From: Armatimonadota bacterium
GTDB lineage: Bacteria; Armatimonadota; SYMT01
DNA: 64,000 nt
Direction: 5' to 3'
Assembly: GCA_046292385.1 (NCBI GenBank)
Contig: JBKBRF010000006.1
Location: 1-64,000 of the forward strand
The notes under the pieces were generated by a model that did not search any database, had not been told where the DNA came from, and saw only the letters and a list, made by a program, of their open reading frames with translations. Both the position numbers and the translations under genes were made by a program. This document shows positions 9,064-18,265 of the stretch, piece by piece. The stretch's first letter is position 1. Every line of letters begins with the position of its first letter.

Positions 9064-10377
9064 CTACTCTGGAGCGGGTGTCGGAGGGGCCGCCGGGTCT
9101 CCAGTGTCGCTGCCCGGAGGAATCGGAGCCGGACCGGCCTCCGGCAGCACCTGGCTCAGATGAAGCTCGACCGGCCGGGCCAGCGCGGCGGAGAGCAGGT
9201 TCTGGATGCCGCGGATCATCACCCGCTCCACCGGCTGCGGCGCGCGGTATACCGCCATCACGCGGTAGGAATCGCCACGCCGGCTCACGGAGTAGTCGAG
9301 CAGTACTCCACCGCCGATAGCGAAGGCCTGCTCCCGCAGGATCCGCTCCACCTCCTGCACCGGATTTGCGGCCGCCTGCAAGTCGCCGTCGCGCTCGGTG
9401 GCCAGGTACCGCTCGCTGTTAACATCTTTGGTGATGACGGAGCGCACCACCAGGTCGACCGGCCGGCTCAAGCGGGCCGTGAGCAGGCGCTCGGCGGCGG
9501 CGACCATCGGCGGCTCGATGCTGGACGGAGTAGCGACTACGGCGGTCACCTTCATTCCGATTCCCTCTCTCACTACGTCGAAGCGATCCACGGTGGCGCC
9601 GCGCACCATCCGGACCTGAGAGCGGAGGGTTTCTCGGACGATCTTCTTCATCCGCATCTCGTCGGAGACCTCGGTCAGCGACCTGGCGAGCACCAGCGCG
9701 ATGATCAGGAGCGCCCCGCTCCAGGCGATAAAGGGGCGGGCACTCTGGGGACCGTGCTGGTTCGAGGCGTGGCGGTGAAGCCCATAGTAGATGAAGACCA
9801 GCATCCCGCCGCAGGCGATGGCGACGAGGTTGGAGACGAAGAGCAGCAGGGCGCCGGCGGCGGCGGTGAGATGGAAGAGTCGTGTCTCGATGCCGGCCGT
9901 CACGAGCGGCGGCACCAGGGCGGTCGCGATCGCCACGCCGGGCAGAGCGGCGGACGAGGGAGCGCGCAGCAGGGAGTAGGCCCCCGCGATTCCCGCGGCG
10001 AGCGCAATCCAGAGATCGAAGAGGGTGGGCCGGGTACGGGAGAGGATCTCCGAGCCTGGGTCGCCGATGGGGGAGACCCAGGTAAGAACGACGCCGGTCC
10101 CCCAGGCGACCCCCGCCCCTGTGACGAGCGCAAAGACGGCGCGGCGCAGCAGCACCCGGCGGTTGAGCACCACCGCGAGGGCAATCGCCACGATAGCGCT
10201 CATCAGTGGGGCGACCAGCATCGCGCCGATGATGACGGCGGCGCTGTTGGCCAGCAGGCCGAAGGTGGCGATTGTGCTCGCCAGGAAGATCAGCGCGTAG
10301 AACCCCGCGGTGGGGCGGGCGTTCTCCTGGACGCCGTGGGCGAACTCGAGGATCTGGTCGGGCTTGAGCTGCGGCAT
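9064..10377 (-). CDS. DUF389 (TIGR00341-like) membrane protein with C-terminal soluble extension
   Basis: GLLANSAAVIIGAMLVAPLM, EILSRTRP, DLWIALAAG and LPGVAIATALVPPL. Confidence 0.85.
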   Translation of the reverse strand: MPQLKPDQILEFAHGVQENARPTAGFYALIFLASTIATFGLLANSAAVIIGAMLVAPLMSAIVAIALAVVLNRRVLLRRAVFALVTGAGVAWGTGVVLTWVSPIGDPGSEILSRTRPTLFDLWIALAAGIAGAYSLLRAPSSAALPGVAIATALVPPLVTAGIETRLFHLTAAAGALLLFVSNLVAIACGGMLVFIYYGLHRHASNQHGPQSARPFIAWSGALLIIALVLARSLTEVSDEMRMKKIVRETLRSQVRMVRGATVDRFDVVREGIGMKVTAVVATPSSIEPPMVAAAERLLTARLSRPVDLVVRSVITKDVNSERYLATERDGDLQAAANPVQEVERILREQAFAIGGGVLLDYSVSRRGDSYRVMAVYRAPQPVERVMIRGIQNLLSAALARPVELHLSQVLPEAGPAPIPPGSDTGDPAAPPTPAPE

Positions 10378-10446
10378 GGTGGTACCCACTGGTTACGTGC
10401 AGCAGCGCGGCCAATCCTCCGGGACACAGGGGAGAGGGAGTAGCGG

Positions 10447-11628
10447 ATGGGTGAGCGAGCGAAATCCAGGGCACTCTGGGGCGCACGGGCCGCTGCTGCG
10501 GCGCTAACGCTGGGATTCGCCGCGGCGGCCCTCCGCGTGAGCGCGCAGCATGGTCCGACGGCCCCAGCGGCGGCCGCGACGAGCGAGAAGCCGGCGCCCT
10601 CAAAGTACCGGCTCGCGCTGCCGCCGTATCAGTTCCAGTTCCCGCGCGACCACGCCGCCCACCCGGAGTACCAGACGGAGTGGTGGTACTACACCGGCCA
10701 CCTGCGGCAGGGGGACCGGAAGCTCGGGTACGAGCTGACGTTCTTCCAGGTCGGCATCGACCCCGCGCGCCGGTCCAGCCGCTCCGCCTGGGCGCTTCAC
10801 ACGCTCTACTTCGCGCACTTCGCCCTCACCGACGAGAACGGGAAGCGGTTCCACCTGGCGGAAACGATCGGTCGTCCGGCGCTCGGCATGGCCGGGGCGG
10901 CGACCGATCGCTACCACGTCTGGATCGACGACTGGTCCGCCCGGCTCGTCTCGGATGACACTCACCACCTGCGGGCGAGCGGCGACGGATACAGCATCGA
11001 CCTCCGGCTCACCGAGCGCAAGCCGCCGGTGGTCCACGGCTTCAACGGCGTGAGCCAGAAGGCCGCCGGCGCGGGCCGCGCCTCCCACTACTACTCGATG
11101 ACGCGCCTGGAGACGAGCGGCACCCTGACGCTGGGCGAGGAGCGGATCCCCGTCACCGGCGTCTCCTGGATGGACCACGAGTTCGGGAGCAACCAGCTCA
11201 CGGAGGAGCAGCTTGGCTGGGACTGGTTCAGCCTGCAGCTCGACAACAACCGCGAGCTGATGCTCTACGTGCTCCGCCGGAAGGACGGCAGCCTGGAGCC
11301 GTACTCCAGCGGCACGATGGTCCACGCCGACGGCACCTGGAAGCACCTGCCGCTGCAGGCCTACCGGATCGACGCCACCGGCCAGTGGAAGAGCCCGCGC
11401 ACCGGCGCCGTCTACCCGGCCGGCTGGCGCGTGGAGGTTCCGGGCGAGAAGCTCTCGCTCACCGTGACGCCGACCGTCGCCGACCAGGAGGTGATGACGG
11501 AGGGCACCGCGGGCGTGGTCTACTGGGAGGGCAGCGTGGAGGTGGCCGGTCAGGACCAGGGCCGTCCCGTCACCGGCGTCGGCTACGTAGAGCTGACCGG
11601 CTACACCGGCCCCGTCCCGGGGATCTGA
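10447..11628 (+). CDS. AttH / CrtC-like lipocalin-fold exported protein
   Basis: FPRDHAAHPEYQTEWWYYTG, WMDHEF, GWDWFSL, YWEG and GYVELTGY. Confidence 0.88.
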   Translation: MGERAKSRALWGARAAAAALTLGFAAAALRVSAQHGPTAPAAAATSEKPAPSKYRLALPPYQFQFPRDHAAHPEYQTEWWYYTGHLRQGDRKLGYELTFFQVGIDPARRSSRSAWALHTLYFAHFALTDENGKRFHLAETIGRPALGMAGAATDRYHVWIDDWSARLVSDDTHHLRASGDGYSIDLRLTERKPPVVHGFNGVSQKAAGAGRASHYYSMTRLETSGTLTLGEERIPVTGVSWMDHEFGSNQLTEEQLGWDWFSLQLDNNRELMLYVLRRKDGSLEPYSSGTMVHADGTWKHLPLQAYRIDATGQWKSPRTGAVYPAGWRVEVPGEKLSLTVTPTVADQEVMTEGTAGVVYWEGSVEVAGQDQGRPVTGVGYVELTGYTGPVPGI

Positions 11629-11646
11629 GGCACCCGCTCCGCCGGC

Positions 11647-11870
11647 TCAGGCCTGCCGACGGCGAGAGCGCCGCCAGAGGGCAGCGAGGGCGATCGCGAG
11701 GAGCGCCGCTCCGGCGGATCCGGCTCCGATCTGAAACCGCGCGTGTCGACGGTTGGCTGGTGCTTCTGGTCCAGCACGACGCAGCCGTCCGCAATCGGCT
11801 TGCCGCGGGCCTTGAGGCCCCGCGTTCTGTGGATCGCTTCGCCGGCGCGAGCGTCACTCCCGAACGACAG
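11647..11870 (-). pseudogene. Frameshifted paralogous remnant of the C-terminus of the adjacent TPR membrane protein
   Basis: Translates GKPIADGCVVLDQKHQP, then after a frameshift RFQIGAGSAGAALLAIALAALWRRSRRRQA*. The neighbour reads GKKVAAGCVILDQGYQP...RFMVQAGTVGLAVLLALTGAAVWWLLACWRRA*. Confidence 0.65.
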
Positions 11871-11878
11871 TCACCGGA

Positions 11879-13048
11879 CTACGCGCGCCTCCAACAAGCG
11901 AGGAGCCACCACACCGCGGCGCCGGTGAGGGCGAGAAGCACGGCCAGCCCCACGGTTCCAGCCTGGACCATGAACCGGCCGTGCGCGGCGTCCGGCTGGT
12001 AGCCCTGGTCGAGGATCACACAGCCCGCGGCGACCTTCTTGCCATAGTTGCTGACGCCTGAGTGCACGGGGTCACTGGACGGCCCGCCGTGGACGAACCC
12101 CACCAGCTCCCGCTCCGCGAAAAGCTCGTCGGCGTACTTCTCGAGGAGCTGGTCCGACGGCTCCACGATGTTCTCGTCCGCCGGGCTGCGGGGCGCGCCT
12201 TCTTCTGCCATCTTTTGAACGAACTCCCGCACGACGGGATCATCGACGGCGAGCACGAGGTCCACCGCCTTCGGCGGGTCGTCACGGCGGGAGTCGTAGA
12301 CGTGGACGAGGATGTCCGAGACATACTGCAGGCGCCCGTTTTTCCGGTGCTCGGTCCACTGCAGCGTATCCGCGTCGATGCGGCAGCCGGTGACGTGAAA
12401 GTAGCCCCGCTCCGGCCGCGCCTTCACGAACTGGGCGAAGGTGAGCTTCTTCGGCTGCGGAAACTCCCTGGCATCCGCCTCGGTCGACCGCCCCGCGAAG
12501 AGCAGCGCCAGGCAGCCGAGGAGGGCGATCCCCCACACGCCGACGAGGCCGAGAATCAGCCGGACCTTCAGAAAGCTCGAGAAAACGGAGCCGAAGCGGG
12601 AGGGCCTGCCGTGGAACCCGGGCCGTGTGCCCGGTGCCGGAGGGTAGGCGGGTGGGGGAGCGGCGCCCGGGTGCATGGGTGAGGATGCGCCGCGGAGGCG
12701 ATCCAGCCAGACGCGCGCGGTGGAGAGCGACGGGTCGAGCGAGAGCGCGTGCTCCAGGCTGGTCGCCGCCTCCACCGGACGAGAGGCGCGCGCCAGCGCC
12801 ACTCCGTAGAAGAAGTGCCCTTCTGCCGAGCCGGGATCGCCCACCGCGGCGTGGTAGAGGAGCGGAAGCGCGGCGGCGTGCTGGCCGGTCTCGCTGTACG
12901 CCATGCCGAGGAGCCGGGCAGCGTGGAAGTCGGCGGGCTCCGCGCTCACGAGAGGCGCCAGGAGGGGGATCGCCCCGGCGAAGTCGCCGCGCTGCATCAC
13001 GTACTGCGCTTGCTGTCGCAACTCCTGGTGCTGTACGCTGTCAGACAT
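11879..13048 (-). CDS. TPR-containing membrane protein
   Basis: N-terminal TPR helices (LLGMAYSETGQHAAA, FYGVALAR, ALSLDP), Pro-rich linker, and two TM segments flanking a soluble domain. Confidence 0.75.
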   Translation of the reverse strand: MSDSVQHQELRQQAQYVMQRGDFAGAIPLLAPLVSAEPADFHAARLLGMAYSETGQHAAALPLLYHAAVGDPGSAEGHFFYGVALARASRPVEAATSLEHALSLDPSLSTARVWLDRLRGASSPMHPGAAPPPAYPPAPGTRPGFHGRPSRFGSVFSSFLKVRLILGLVGVWGIALLGCLALLFAGRSTEADAREFPQPKKLTFAQFVKARPERGYFHVTGCRIDADTLQWTEHRKNGRLQYVSDILVHVYDSRRDDPPKAVDLVLAVDDPVVREFVQKMAEEGAPRSPADENIVEPSDQLLEKYADELFAERELVGFVHGGPSSDPVHSGVSNYGKKVAAGCVILDQGYQPDAAHGRFMVQAGTVGLAVLLALTGAAVWWLLACWRRA

Positions 13049-13298
13049 CCCGTGTCCCCCCGGAGCTCCGCCGTAATAGCAGGAACGTGCCCCGCTCCAG
13101 GCGGGTCATTGCTAACAGGTTCACCATCCGGGCGAGAAATCCCTTGCACACCGAAAAGTGGGCGAGGGCACAGCCTTTGCGATTTGGTTGGCATCGTGGG
13201 GAAGCAGGAACTTCAGGGGCGCTGCGACCAATAGAGTCTATTGGTTCTCCCCGCCCCGAATCTGCAGATTCCGCCAGTTACGCTGGACACCATCCGAT

Positions 13299-14645
13299 AT
13301 GGCATTCAACAAGGATAACGAAGCCGTCAGCCGCCGCAGCGTGCTCACCGGCGGCGCTACCGCCGCGGGCAGCCTGATCGCGGCCAGCGCCGCCGCCCAG
13401 GCCAAGAAGCCGGCGGCGCCCAAGCCGACCCCGAAGCCCCAGGCGAAGCCGGCGGCGCCGAAGCCGGCCGGGCCGCCCGCCATTCCGATCAACGTCGGGA
13501 TCATCGGGTTCGGTCCGCAGGGCCGGGAGCTCGCCGCGGCGATCTCCCGCGTGCCGGGCGCTACGGTGCTCGGCGTGGCCGACACCTACAAGCCGACCCA
13601 CCGCCGCGTGGCGGAGGCGGCCCCCAAGGCGACGGCGGTGGAGGACTACCGGCAGCTTCTGGAACGGAAAGACGTTCCGGCGGTCTTCATCGCCACGCCG
13701 ACCCACCTCCACAAGGAGATCGTGCTCGCCGCCCTCCAGGCCGGCAAGCACGTCTACCTCGAGTCGCCGATGGCGCACACGCTGGAGGACGGCAAGGAGA
13801 TCGCGCTGGCGGGCAAGAACGCCAAGACCCACCTCCAGATCGGCCAGCAGTTCCGCGGCAATCCGCAGCACCACCACGTGGCGCGCTTCATGAAGATGTC
13901 GGCGATCGGCCGGCCGGTAATGGGCCGCGGCCAGTGGAGCCGGCGCATCCAGTGGTCTCGCCCGGGCTCGGACGAGATGAACTGGCGCCTCAACCCGGAG
14001 CTCTCCCTCGGCCTCATCGGCGAGATCGGCATTCACAGCCTCGACGTGGCGAACTGGTTCCTGAGCCAGAGGCCGGTGGCGGTGAGCGGATACGGCGTGA
14101 AGATGCGCGAAGACGGCGACACCCGGGACATCCCGGACACCGTCCAGTGCGTCCTGGAGTACGGCGACGGAACCCGCTTTACCTTCACCTCCACGCTGGC
14201 GAACTCTTACGAGGGCGAGTACCAGCTCTTCCACGGCACCCAGGGCGCCGTGCTGGTGCGCGACGACCGCGCGTGGATGTTCAAGGAAGCCGATTCCCCG
14301 CTGCTTGGCTGGGAGGTCTACGCCCGTAAGGAAGATTACGGGGCTGAGACCGGCATCGCCCTCGTGGCGGACGCCAGCAAGCAGCTCAAAGAGGGGAAAA
14401 TGCCCGGCAAGGAGAAGCAGGAAAAGGACCCGGGCAAGGCTCCACTCGTCCAGTCCGTCAAGGAATTCCTCGACATTCTTCGCGGCACCGCGGAGGAGGT
14501 GGTCTCCGGTAAGGTGACCAAGATCGAAACGCCGCGCTGCGGTCCGGAAGAAGGATACCAGGCGCTCGTGACCGCATTGAAGGCCAACGAGGCCGTCATG
14601 ACCGGTTCCAGGATCAAGTTCCAGAAAGAGTGGTTCAGCCTCTAG
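13299..14645 (+). CDS. Tat-exported Gfo/Idh/MocA family oxidoreductase (ESP variant of the EKP motif)
   Basis: SRRSVL leader, GIIGFGPQG, IATPTHLH and HVYLESPMA. Confidence 0.88.
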   Translation: MAFNKDNEAVSRRSVLTGGATAAGSLIAASAAAQAKKPAAPKPTPKPQAKPAAPKPAGPPAIPINVGIIGFGPQGRELAAAISRVPGATVLGVADTYKPTHRRVAEAAPKATAVEDYRQLLERKDVPAVFIATPTHLHKEIVLAALQAGKHVYLESPMAHTLEDGKEIALAGKNAKTHLQIGQQFRGNPQHHHVARFMKMSAIGRPVMGRGQWSRRIQWSRPGSDEMNWRLNPELSLGLIGEIGIHSLDVANWFLSQRPVAVSGYGVKMREDGDTRDIPDTVQCVLEYGDGTRFTFTSTLANSYEGEYQLFHGTQGAVLVRDDRAWMFKEADSPLLGWEVYARKEDYGAETGIALVADASKQLKEGKMPGKEKQEKDPGKAPLVQSVKEFLDILRGTAEEVVSGKVTKIETPRCGPEEGYQALVTALKANEAVMTGSRIKFQKEWFSL

Positions 14646-14676
14646 GCTGGGCCCGTTCCCCAGAGGAGATACCCTC

Positions 14677-15978
14677 GTGCAGCAGAACAAAGACTCCCAG
14701 CAGGTATCGCGCCGCACATTTATGAAGACCGCCAGCACTGCCGCTGCGGCTGCGGCGACCGCCGGGCTGGCCAAGAGCGAGGCCTTCGCGCTGGCTCCGT
14801 CCCGCGTGATCGGCGCGAACGATCGCATCAACATCGGCTTCATCGGCGTCGGCAAGCACGCCACGGGCCGTGGTCTCCACCACCTGAACATCCTCAACGG
14901 GAAGCAGCAGGAGTGGAACATCAAGCCGGTCGCGCTCTGCGACATCTACGACGGCTACATCAGCAACGCCCGCTCCAAGGCTTCCTTTGCGGATGACAAG
15001 GTCTACCGAGACTACCGCAAGCTCCTGGAAGACAAGGACGTGGACGTGGTCTGGATCGCCACGCCGGAGCACTGGCACTCGATCCAGGCGATCGAAGCGA
15101 TGGAGGCCGGCAAGGACGTCTTCCTCGAGAAGCCGATGACGCGCTATGCGGAAGAGGCGATCGAAGTGCTGAAGACGCAGCGCAAGACCAAGCGGATCCT
15201 CCAGATCGGCTCCCAGGGCTGCTCGGATCCGAAGTGGTCCCGCGCCGGCGAGCTGGTGAAGAGCGGCAAGCTCGGCCAGATCCTCTGGGCCCAGGGCAGC
15301 TACTGCCGCAACAACCCGGGCGGTGAGTGGAACTACGCCATCGAGAAGGAAGCGACCCCGCAGACCCTCGACTGGAAGGCGTTCCTCGGTAAGGCGCCGC
15401 AGCGGCCGTTCGATCCGGAGCGCTTCTTCCGCTGGCGGAAGTACTGGGACTACAGCACCGGCATCGTGTCCGACCTGTTCCCGCACCGCTTCCACCCGCT
15501 GCTGAAGGCGATGGGTATGGGCTGGCCGACCCGCGTGGTCTCCACCGGCGGACAGTACAACGAGCGCTCCAAGAAGGACCGGGACGTGGCCGACACCGTC
15601 CACGTGCTGGCGGACTTCCAGGGTGAGAATGGTCCTTACACCATCTTCCTCGCGGGCTGCACCGAGAACGAGCAGGGCGTCCAGGACGTGATCCGGGGCA
15701 ACAAGGCCAGCCTCTTCTTCGGCGGCAACAGCATCGAGCTGCGGCCGGAGCGCCCGTTCGTGGACGAGGTGGACCCGATCCGCGAGAACATCGGCGGAGA
15801 GCGCGACGAGCCGCATCAGCAGAACTTCCTGGACTGCGTGCGCAGCCGCAAGACTCCGAACTGCGACGCCGAGCTCGGCGCCCGCGTGCAGGTCACCATC
15901 GCGATGGCCGAGCGGTCCTACCGCGAGAACAAGTGCATGCGGTTCGACCCGCAGACGATGAAGGTCACCGCCGGCTAG
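14677..15978 (+). CDS. Tat-exported Gfo/Idh/MocA family oxidoreductase
   Basis: SRRTFMK leader, GANDRINIGFIGVG, IATPEHWH, FLEKPM and WRKYWDY. GTG start with GGAG RBS. Confidence 0.92.
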   Translation: MQQNKDSQQVSRRTFMKTASTAAAAAATAGLAKSEAFALAPSRVIGANDRINIGFIGVGKHATGRGLHHLNILNGKQQEWNIKPVALCDIYDGYISNARSKASFADDKVYRDYRKLLEDKDVDVVWIATPEHWHSIQAIEAMEAGKDVFLEKPMTRYAEEAIEVLKTQRKTKRILQIGSQGCSDPKWSRAGELVKSGKLGQILWAQGSYCRNNPGGEWNYAIEKEATPQTLDWKAFLGKAPQRPFDPERFFRWRKYWDYSTGIVSDLFPHRFHPLLKAMGMGWPTRVVSTGGQYNERSKKDRDVADTVHVLADFQGENGPYTIFLAGCTENEQGVQDVIRGNKASLFFGGNSIELRPERPFVDEVDPIRENIGGERDEPHQQNFLDCVRSRKTPNCDAELGARVQVTIAMAERSYRENKCMRFDPQTMKVTAG

Positions 15979-16005
15979 TCCCGGTCCGATCTGAATCAAC
16001 GGAAG

Positions 16006-16037
16006 AAGGTGCGGTCCTCCGGGGCCGCACCTTTTTT
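16006..16037 (+). terminator. Rho-independent terminator
   Basis: AAGGTGCGGTCC...GGGCCGCACCTT stem followed by T6, just after the oxidoreductase pair. Confidence 0.8.
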
Positions 16038-16104
16038 CGTGACCTCGAGCAGGGCGTGGACGTTGATAGATCGGGGCATGTCCCCATCTCCTCCCGAGGT
16101 CTGC

Positions 16105-16290
16105 ATGAAGAACTTCCGCGATCCGTTCCTCCGGCTCTGGCTGGGCGGCATCTCCTCCGGCATCGCCCTCGTCTACGCAGCGCTCGACTCCTCGATCCCG
16201 GTCACCTCGCGCCTCAGCCGGGTGGGGATCTGCCTCCTCACCATTGCCGGCTGCGTCGCCCTCTATACCTGGCTCTCGCGCACGCGCTGA
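16105..16290 (+). CDS. Small two-TM hypothetical membrane protein (61 aa)
   Basis: GAGGT RBS before ATG, two hydrophobic stretches, typical codon usage. Confidence 0.55.
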   Translation: MKNFRDPFLRLWLGGISSGIALVYAALDSSIPVTSRLSRVGICLLTIAGCVALYTWLSRTR

Positions 16291-16362
16291 TCGGTCCGAT
16301 TCCCCGTCAGGCCCGTGGATGCTTGCCCGGTGCCCGCGTTATAACGGTGGCGGAGGGACCTG

Positions 16363-17151
16363 ATGGCAATTGAATTCCGCGAGAACGAAGTGTTCGAGGT
16401 CGGCCCCGGTGTCTGGATCCGGAACATGGTCGACAACGCATCCTGGGCCGATCTGGGTGACGGCGCGGTGGTGTTCGACTCGCTCGACCCGGCCGACGAC
16501 GGCCCGATGGAGACGCAGGTTCCGGAAGATATCCAGCGGACCACCGGCAAGCCGCTGAAGTGGCTGGTGAACACCCACTGGCATCCGGACCACATCGGCT
16601 TCAACGAATCGTGGGCCCGGCGCGGCGCCACCGTCATCGCGCACGAGTCGTGCGGCCAGGCCCAGGACGAGCCGAACGGTCAGCCGAACATCACCTTCGC
16701 GGACACCTACACGCTGAAGGGCTCCGAACGGCAGATCGAGCTGGAGTGGCTCGGCGGCACCCACACCCCCTGGGACACCGTGGTCTACTTCCCGTGGGCA
16801 CGCGTGCTGCACATCGCGGACCTCTTCGGCTGGGGCATGATCCCGCTGGTGAAGTACGACCAGGGCAAGATCGACCTCCTGAAGCAGCGCCTCCACCGGG
16901 TACTGGAGTACGACGCCGACACCTACATCGTCGGTCACGGCCCCCTCGCCAGGCCGGAGCACATCCGCCGCTGGCTCACCTACCTGGAAGATCTGCTGCA
17001 GCGGGTCCCGGAACTCGCCCGCGCCGGCCAGAGCCTGGACGAGATCGAGCGGCAGGTGCCGGTCCCCGACGACATGAAGGACTGGTGGAAGCTGGAGGCG
17101 TGGAAGCACCGCCACAACCTGCAGCTCATCGCCAAGGAGTTCGGGAGCTAG
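16363..17151 (+). CDS. MBL-fold metallo-hydrolase (cyclase-like)
   Basis: NTHWHPDH, THTP, ADL and VGHGP. Confidence 0.88.
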   Translation: MAIEFRENEVFEVGPGVWIRNMVDNASWADLGDGAVVFDSLDPADDGPMETQVPEDIQRTTGKPLKWLVNTHWHPDHIGFNESWARRGATVIAHESCGQAQDEPNGQPNITFADTYTLKGSERQIELEWLGGTHTPWDTVVYFPWARVLHIADLFGWGMIPLVKYDQGKIDLLKQRLHRVLEYDADTYIVGHGPLARPEHIRRWLTYLEDLLQRVPELARAGQSLDEIERQVPVPDDMKDWWKLEAWKHRHNLQLIAKEFGS

Positions 17152-17178
17152 AGCCGATCTTCGGTCTGGCCTCGCCGT

Positions 17179-17338
17179 GCGGTTGAAACCGCAGCAACAA
17201 CCGCACGAAGTCCGCCTCCGCGGACTCGGAGGAGCATGGTTCGGGCGTCCGGAGGACGCGTGGCCGCACGCCCCGGAGACTTCCGGGGCAGGCCGCCGAG
17301 CGAGGTATTTCAATGCCTCGCGACCTCCGGACGCCCGA
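17179..17338. repeat. Composite REP-like palindromic element, copy 1
   Basis: GCGGTTGAAACCGC...GAAGTCCGCCTCCGCGGACT plus GGGCGTCCGGAGGACGCGTGG...GCGAGGTATTTCAATGCCTCGC. Shared with 21387 and 33221. Confidence 0.88.
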
Positions 17339-17377
17339 TCCGATGCCAGTCGCAGGACCATCCGCTACGTAACGAAA

Positions 17378-18241
17378 TCACCGCCCCGAAGGCGGAGCCG
17401 GCGGCAGTGTGAGCGGGCGCGGGGTGCGGAGCAGGCCGGCGGTGTCCGGCTGCAGCACCATCAGGCCGAGGAAGCGGCGCGGCGCGCGGCGGAGGTAGGC
17501 GACCAGCGGCTCGTCGATCACGCGCTTGCGCCGCTGGCTCGCGTGGCGCAGCATCACCTGCTCTCCGTCCCGGAACAGAAAGCCAAGGTGGCCGGAGACG
17601 ACTTCCGGGCTGCTCACCACGAAGACTCCGATCGTGCCGTCCGGAATCTTCTCTTCGAGTGCGGCAACGGCAGCCCGCGGGATGTACTCCGAGGTGTACA
17701 GCTGCGCGGCCAGTCCGGAGTCGTCGCCGCCGCGCTTGCGCACCAGGCGGGGGAGGTCGAGCCGGCGGGAGACGGTCGGCAGGTCCGCCCCGCCGATTGC
17801 GCCGGTGACGTCTCGTGCCGGCCAGGGGTTCTCCAGCCAGTCCGGGATGCAGAAGTGGTAGCGCTGCCCCAGCGCGATGCGGCCCTCGCGGTAGCGGATC
17901 TGCCGTACGGCGTGATCCAGCCCGCCGGTGTAGGGGGCGATCGCTTCCGCCATTACCTGCTCGACCAGCGTCTGGCAGTCGGCCCGGTCCCGGCGGAAGA
18001 GCGGATCGGGGTCCGGCCCCTCCCCCTCGCCGAGGCAGTCGAGGCCGTACCGGGTCCCGAGGTAGCGGCCGCTCAGGGCGCGGAGGCGGTCCGGCTTCAC
18101 GGCAGCCGGAGGCGCCACGTTGGCGGAAGCTTCCGGCGCGGTCTCCGGCTTCCTGACGACCGCCGCCACCGGCTTCTCCGGACCCGCACAGCCGGGCAGA
18201 AGCAGGAACAACACGATCCAGATTGGCCCAAAGCGGTGCAT
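17378..18241 (-). CDS. DUF1460 (NlpC/P60-related amidase-like) lipoprotein
   Basis: Lipobox LPGC, YLGTRY, DCQTLVEQVMA, IRY and HLGF...HAS. Confidence 0.78.
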   Translation of the reverse strand: MHRFGPIWIVLFLLLPGCAGPEKPVAAVVRKPETAPEASANVAPPAAVKPDRLRALSGRYLGTRYGLDCLGEGEGPDPDPLFRRDRADCQTLVEQVMAEAIAPYTGGLDHAVRQIRYREGRIALGQRYHFCIPDWLENPWPARDVTGAIGGADLPTVSRRLDLPRLVRKRGGDDSGLAAQLYTSEYIPRAAVAALEEKIPDGTIGVFVVSSPEVVSGHLGFLFRDGEQVMLRHASQRRKRVIDEPLVAYLRRAPRRFLGLMVLQPDTAGLLRTPRPLTLPPAPPSGR

Positions 18242-18265
18242 AAGCTAAGCTGAGTCTACCGGAGA

